DNA of 64,000 bases from Promethearchaeia archaeon (lineage in GTDB: Archaea > Asgardarchaeota > Lokiarchaeia > Sigyniarchaeales > SOKP01): the NCBI GenBank assembly GCA_046483985.1, contig JAWOCD010000085.1:14653-78652 (forward strand), written 5' to 3'. The position numbers and the translations under genes are program-made. Positions 58,799 to 64,000 of this stretch are shown here, one piece after another. The stretch's first letter is position 1, and every line of letters begins with the position of its first letter. Below the pieces are notes generated by a model, which saw only the letters and a program-made list of their open reading frames with translations, searched no databases and was not told the DNA's origin.

Positions 58799-61594
58799 AT
58801 GAAATTAATTAAAAAAGAAAAAATATTGATTAAGAAATTATCAATAGTCGTTCCTATAACAATATTTTTAATCCTCCTTTTCTCTGTTCCTTTAATTAGC
58901 GTGCTTGCACCCTTGGGCAATATTCTTTTTCCCGGAGGTGGAATATGGCGTAGTCCAGGAGAAGTTCCCGAATCGGAAGTGCTCTATATTGACGGAATGG
59001 ACGCCCAAGTGACTGTTTATCGAGATGAATGGGGCATTCCCCATATTTATGCAGAAACTGAGGCTGACTTAGGGTTTACTTTGGGCTATATTCATGCCCA
59101 AGATCGTTTCTTCCAAATGGATTTAGCCCGGCGACAAGTCCGTGGACTCCTCTCCGAAGTGATAGGAGAAAGTGCATTGGAAATGGATAAATACAATTTA
59201 GCAATGGGTATGGAATATTGGGCAAATGAATCGCTTCAAGCAGCAGAACAAATGCAAGAGGATGGGGAGATTGAGTTCTTAGATTCATGGAAAAGATATA
59301 CTAAAGGGATAAATCATTATCTAAATACCCATCAAGGAGAATGGCCAATGGAATATTCGATTTTGGGCTTCAAACCTACGGATAGACCTTGGACGCTATT
59401 AGATTCAATGTGTTACTCCAAATATATGAGTAAAATGTTAACGTGGGAGTACAGTGACCTTTACCGCTACGCTAATAGGAAAGCATTGGGAAATGACTCC
59501 TATGATGAATTATACGGACCAAATTTACCATATCAAATACCAGTCGTTCCTGGGTATGGCGATTATAATAATTCCGAACTTCTCTCTAATGATCTTGGGG
59601 CTAATCCGCAACCCAGCGATACGGTAGTCGACACCATCTCAACTTTTCTCAAGAATGCAGAAGAAATTGAATCTGAAAAAGCGTTGATGGACCTACAGAA
59701 TAATGGAGCCATAGGATCCAATAATTGGGTAGTAGACGGGAATAAAAGCAGTACTGGGAAGCCCATCCTATGTAATGATATGCATCTTGCCCATAATATG
59801 CCTGGAATATGGTATGAAACTCATTTAGTTTCTGAGGATACAGGGCTCAATACGTATGGATTTACACTAGCCGGTGTCCCCCTCCCGATCGTAGCCCATA
59901 ATGAACATGTGGCTTGGGGCTTGACCAATACCAATTTTGATGTCCTCGATTGGTATTACTATGAAGAAACTGACGATAATCATTATATCTATAATGAAAG
60001 TAAAACGGAATATGAAATGAAAACGTATAACATTCCCGTCAAGGGAGGAAAAAATATCGAATTTGAGGTCAAAAATACAGTGCACGGCCCAGTCCTTAAT
60101 GATTTTCTTGATAACCAATACACAGAAACCTTTGATAATAATATTGTATTAGCTCCTCGATGGACAGCTAATAATGTTACTAATGAATTATTGGCCGTTT
60201 ACGAATTCAATCATGCTAAAACTAGAGCGGATTTCAATGAATCTTCAAGATATTTTCATAATCCGGCTCAGAATTTTGTCTATGCGGATATCGATGGAAA
60301 TATTGCCATGCGTCCCACCGGATTAGTACCATTCAGAGAAGGAAACGGGACATTTCCGTATAATGGTTCTAGTGGAGAAGGCGAATGGACAGGTTATACA
60401 GAATTAGAGGATCTTCCAGAAGCGGTCAATCCAGACCAAAATTATTTAGCCTCCGCTAACCAAATTTCCGTGGGACCGAATTTTACTAAAGAAAACGGAT
60501 ATCTTTTACAGAATAATTATCGGCCTGGCTATAGAGCAAGACGTATCAACGAATTACTCAATAATTCTGCCGATGGAACGGTAGGTGTTGAGAAAATGAA
60601 AGAAATCCAATTAGATCAAAAATCAAGTGTAGCGCAATCCTTCACGGAATACCTCATTGATGCCATAGAAGATCTGGGAGAGTCCGATAGAACCCCTCTT
60701 ATGGACGATGCACTGACCTATTTAAAGAATTGGGATTACGATATGGACAAGGATTTACCAACACCCGCAATTTTTCGCAAATGGAGGGATTTATTCATGG
60801 ATCATACTTTTACCGATGAATTTGAAGAAAAAGGGGCTCTTGGATCTCCAGAATTAACCGTGCTGGAATATTATATGAAGGAACACCCAGATTCTCATTG
60901 GTTTAATGACATTACTACTGATTCAAAAACGGAAACCAGAGACGATATAATAATCAAGGCATTTGAAGATACGTTGGACTTTCTTAAGGATTTCTATGAC
61001 ACGGATGATATTTCTCAATGGAGATGGGGGGAACTTCACAAAGTTAAATTTCCCCACCTAATTGGACAAGATTCCTTAAGTAAAGGTCCCTATGAAGTTG
61101 GGGGTTCTGGATATACCGTAAATCCCGCATGGAGTGATATAAGCGAAGGAGTAGGAATTGCGACGAGCGGTGCTTCAGAACGGATGATTGTCGATTTCAG
61201 CGATTTAGAAAAATCGTGGAGTTGTATTCCGAGCGGACAAAGAGGAATCACCAATTCAAAACATTATTCTGATCAACTGGAGGAATTGTTCCTTGAAGGA
61301 AAATACCATCAACAGTATTTCTATGATAACTCTGAAGATTTTCCGAAACAACACGTGGAAACTTATCTTATTATCCGTCCCAGCTCTGAGTTTAATCTCT
61401 TTTTAGTACTTACCCCAACTTTTATCATTGTTGGATTTATTGCGGGTTTGATAGGCTTGTATAAAGTTTTCACATTGAAAACGAAGGAAACACCTCGTTC
61501 TCGTTCTGAAAAAGGATTTGAATCCCGAGCGACTACGGATATTCCCAAAGACAAAGATTCTGCGAATAAAAGCCCACAAAAGGAGGGAAACTAA
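58799..61594 (+). CDS. Penicillin acylase family (S45 Ntn-hydrolase), membrane anchored
   Basis: RDEWGIPHIYA, AQDRFFQMD, GSNNW nucleophile, NDMHL, PAQNFVYAD, SGQ...HYSDQ; N- and C-terminal TM segments. Confidence 0.95.
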   Translation: MKLIKKEKILIKKLSIVVPITIFLILLFSVPLISVLAPLGNILFPGGGIWRSPGEVPESEVLYIDGMDAQVTVYRDEWGIPHIYAETEADLGFTLGYIHAQDRFFQMDLARRQVRGLLSEVIGESALEMDKYNLAMGMEYWANESLQAAEQMQEDGEIEFLDSWKRYTKGINHYLNTHQGEWPMEYSILGFKPTDRPWTLLDSMCYSKYMSKMLTWEYSDLYRYANRKALGNDSYDELYGPNLPYQIPVVPGYGDYNNSELLSNDLGANPQPSDTVVDTISTFLKNAEEIESEKALMDLQNNGAIGSNNWVVDGNKSSTGKPILCNDMHLAHNMPGIWYETHLVSEDTGLNTYGFTLAGVPLPIVAHNEHVAWGLTNTNFDVLDWYYYEETDDNHYIYNESKTEYEMKTYNIPVKGGKNIEFEVKNTVHGPVLNDFLDNQYTETFDNNIVLAPRWTANNVTNELLAVYEFNHAKTRADFNESSRYFHNPAQNFVYADIDGNIAMRPTGLVPFREGNGTFPYNGSSGEGEWTGYTELEDLPEAVNPDQNYLASANQISVGPNFTKENGYLLQNNYRPGYRARRINELLNNSADGTVGVEKMKEIQLDQKSSVAQSFTEYLIDAIEDLGESDRTPLMDDALTYLKNWDYDMDKDLPTPAIFRKWRDLFMDHTFTDEFEEKGALGSPELTVLEYYMKEHPDSHWFNDITTDSKTETRDDIIIKAFEDTLDFLKDFYDTDDISQWRWGELHKVKFPHLIGQDSLSKGPYEVGGSGYTVNPAWSDISEGVGIATSGASERMIVDFSDLEKSWSCIPSGQRGITNSKHYSDQLEELFLEGKYHQQYFYDNSEDFPKQHVETYLIIRPSSEFNLFLVLTPTFIIVGFIAGLIGLYKVFTLKTKETPRSRSEKGFESRATTDIPKDKDSANKSPQKEGN

Positions 61595-61595
61595 A

Positions 61596-62018
61596 ATGGA
61601 AAAATCCTTTATGAAATCACAAAAGAAAAGGAGAAATTTTGTGCTCAGTGTGGTACTTGCTACTGGCGTTACTATTTTCCTTCTTTTTATTCCCGTTTGG
61701 CAATTGATTCTTATTCCGGGAATCCTTGCTGGGCTCATTAACAAAGAGATTAAAAGATCCGTTTATAGTGCAATCATTAGCGTGTCCGTCGTCTGGAGTA
61801 TCTTTATGGTTATTAATTTTTATACCAAAAATGCTTACAAACTCTTGGATCAATTTGCGGGATTTATATTCGGCGGATTGGGATTTGGTTATGTCATCTT
61901 TATCATTATTTTACTGATGGGAATTATATTTGGCGCTCTGGGAGCTATCATAGGAGGTTACCTGATCCAATTTTATGAGGTCCACCGCACTGGGAAATCC
62001 GAGACAAGGAATGATTAA
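61596..62018 (+). CDS. Small hypothetical membrane protein (about 4 TM)
   Basis: ATG 1 bp after the acylase stop; hydrophobic, Gly-rich helices. Confidence 0.8.
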   Translation: MEKSFMKSQKKRRNFVLSVVLATGVTIFLLFIPVWQLILIPGILAGLINKEIKRSVYSAIISVSVVWSIFMVINFYTKNAYKLLDQFAGFIFGGLGFGYVIFIIILLMGIIFGALGAIIGGYLIQFYEVHRTGKSETRND

Positions 62019-62218
62019 TTACAATAAAAATTTTTACCTCTTTCACCTTTTTTTTTATTTTTAGTTGTTAAAAAAAATTAGAGATCTTACCCTACCTAAA
62101 ATAACCCCTTTAAAACATTATAACTATTAATAGTATTAGAAATTAATATTAATATATCGGTAATTGTATATTTAATATAGAATAGAAGTAAGAGATAACC
62201 TACATTTTTGGGATTTTT

Positions 62219-63259
62219 ATGAAAGCATTGCTAATTTTAGCATGGAGAGATGATGTTGGAGCCTATGTTTTACATAGTTATCCAGAGCGATTTGCTGATG
62301 AGGTCGATGGGCAAGATCTCATGAATATATATAATTCTCACCGTTTCAGAACTACTGACAAGAATTTTAAGATTCTAAAACGGGGAGATTTTAACGCGGC
62401 CTCGTTTTACTCGGGAGGATATCAATCTTCCTATATTGCCAAGCCAAATTACTGTGTTACTTTAGTTTTGGAGGAAAAGGATAATCCAAATGCCTATGAA
62501 AAGGTACTAATTAAAGTCACCAATAATCTGCTTTCAAAATTGGATGCAGATGATTTTGATTATATCCTTGAAGATACCTTCTATAAATTAAAGGAAAGAC
62601 GATTTGATGAAATCGAAGTAATGAGAGGAGGTTTTGAATTTGAGGATGAAGAACCAACTCCAACCAAAAAATTGGCCACCACCTCTTCGGCGAGTTTATC
62701 AGATGAAGAGCAAATTTTTGAGAACCTTATGAGCAGTTCCGAATTTATGCCAGAAGAAGAAAAGGAATCGAAGTTGGCAGATTTTGAGGATTCTGCTCAT
62801 TCTGAACCGTTTTCAACCGAAGAGCCCTCAAACGACCCATTTGGAGGAGGCGGAGGAGGAAAAGCAGAATCACGTGATATTTATGCGGAGAATCCTTTTG
62901 CTCAAGGAGGAGGCTCTACTTCAGCAGACCCATTTTCAGAGGAACAAAAACCCTCAATTGGCTCATCTTTATCTGGGGCAGATGAAACGGTGGGCAAAAA
63001 GATGTTCAAAGAGCGAAAAACTTCTGCAAATAAGATTATTGCTCAATTGGATTCATTAGAGGAAGAAAGACCAGAAAAGCCGAGTGAAACGGATAAAGAA
63101 GCTCAATTTAAATATTTAGAACATTTAGTTAGCTTTTTACAAGAAAAAGTTAACATTCTCGGCAAATTAGTTAATGGTGTAAAAGATTTAGAAAAAAATA
63201 TCGAGGAAAAGGATAAACTCATCGGGAAATTACTATTACTTTTAGAAGAAAAGAAATAA
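62219..63259 (+). CDS. Longin/uDENN-like N-domain, disordered acidic linker with DPF/NPF motifs, C-terminal coiled coil
   Basis: LLILAWRDDVGAYVLHSYP...ASFYSG...CVTLVLEEKDNP; EPF, DPF, NPF, DPF; heptad C-terminus. Confidence 0.7.
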   Translation: MKALLILAWRDDVGAYVLHSYPERFADEVDGQDLMNIYNSHRFRTTDKNFKILKRGDFNAASFYSGGYQSSYIAKPNYCVTLVLEEKDNPNAYEKVLIKVTNNLLSKLDADDFDYILEDTFYKLKERRFDEIEVMRGGFEFEDEEPTPTKKLATTSSASLSDEEQIFENLMSSSEFMPEEEKESKLADFEDSAHSEPFSTEEPSNDPFGGGGGGKAESRDIYAENPFAQGGGSTSADPFSEEQKPSIGSSLSGADETVGKKMFKERKTSANKIIAQLDSLEEERPEKPSETDKEAQFKYLEHLVSFLQEKVNILGKLVNGVKDLEKNIEEKDKLIGKLLLLLEEKK

Positions 63260-63293
63260 GAAAAGTTTTTTAATTTTATTTTGAAGCTATCTA

Positions 63294-64000
63294 TTATAAG
63301 CTTCTGTATAACCTTTTTATCTTTGTATCTATTTTTTGCGTAAGCATTTTTTTCCCTGTTTTCTCTGAGATCCGAAGGATCATCCTATACATCTTGAGCG
63401 TTTTTGCGAAATTTCCTTGAAGTTCGGAAGAAACTGCCTCATTTAGTAACTTTCCTAATTGCGTTTTCCAGTATTTTTGAGGGGATTGGATAGAGGTCGA
63501 AGATGTCGATGGTTTTTGCTGCTTAAATTCAAACCCCTCCTGCTTCATAGGCGCGGGTTGAGGTTGCGCTTTCGGTTTGGTCTCAATCTGTGTCCATTTT
63601 GGTTCCTCTACTTCCACAATATCTTCGGCATCGAACTTGTCTTCGATCTCATCGAGGTCAACTTGGGAAAATAACTTGTCTCGCTTCTTTGTCTGCACAC
63701 TTCGATACACAAAAACACCAGCTACTCCAACAATTGCTCCGATGACAATAACCGCGATGATAATCGGTAGATTATTTGCTGGAATTTCCGCTTCCACCTC
63801 GGTTGATGGCTCTGATTTGTGTCCAACCCGATCGATAATAATAATTCGATAATAATATGTCTTTCCCGGCTCAATATCCTTATCCTCGATTTTTAATCGC
63901 TCGTCTGCATTAATCTCCGCAGTTAAATATTCCTCTGATATCTCAAATCCTTTTTCTTCCGATCGATACACTTTATAGACCGAATAGTCATCGACCCCAT
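63294..64000 (-). CDS. Partial fibronectin type III surface protein with TM and cytoplasmic tail (5' end outside window)
   Basis: Frame open to the window edge; YKVYRS...IEPGKTYYYRIIIIDRVGHKSEPS FN3 motif, TM IIIAVIVIGAIVGVAGVFVY, helical C-terminus. Confidence 0.85.
   Translation of the reverse strand, partial: GVDDYSVYKVYRSEEKGFEISEEYLTAEINADERLKIEDKDIEPGKTYYYRIIIIDRVGHKSEPSTEVEAEIPANNLPIIIAVIVIGAIVGVAGVFVYRSVQTKKRDKLFSQVDLDEIEDKFDAEDIVEVEEPKWTQIETKPKAQPQPAPMKQEGFEFKQQKPSTSSTSIQSPQKYWKTQLGKLLNEAVSSELQGNFAKTLKMYRMILRISEKTGKKMLTQKIDTKIKRLYRSL

Noticed and set aside
61518-61595. Upstream TTG start of the small membrane protein
   Set aside because: Overlaps the acylase C-terminus; ATG 61596 directly after the stop, preceded by GGAGG, is more plausible.
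1-64000. Provirus, integron or defence island
   Set aside because: No integrase, capsid, terminase, transposase ORF or recognisable defence genes; housekeeping genes are spread throughout.

Overview
AT-rich archaeal chromosomal segment, very likely Asgard archaea (Lokiarchaeia/Promethearchaeia). This is inferred from archaeal informational genes (Topo VI A/B, GINS23, MCM) occurring with several eukaryote-signature-like proteins (Rab-like GTPase, longin-like, Bet3/V4R-like and UEV-like domains). About 48 CDS are present; I saw no rRNA, tRNA or CRISPR array. Main blocks: (1) coaBC-top6B-top6A-orf-pyrE-GH20, with a greatly expanded Top6B; (2) GINS, a polytopic HEAT-repeat protein and MCM carrying a 523-aa LAGLIDADG intein; (3) redox and iron genes, a Rab-like GTPase and an HDAC-family protein; (4) a 12.6-kb cell-surface locus with a giant catalytically dead transglutaminase/Ig-repeat protein, Ig-TM-DUF4129-like, stand-alone DUF4129-like, DUF4350-like, MoxR, DUF58/vWA and a membrane protein; (5) a tight lipS2-ligase-lipS1-(paaI fragment)-cofE/fbiB-cofD cofactor operon; (6) a chimeric bacterial-core/archaeal-tail LeuRS; (7) a 13.5-kb stretch enriched in membrane-trafficking-like genes: three longin-like genes, a tandem Bet3/TRAPPC3-like pair, a UEV/steadiness-box-like protein, and a longin-like protein with DPF/NPF motifs. 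Blocks 4 and 7 are the best candidates for undescribed systems. All family calls come from motif recognition by eye; no searches were run.
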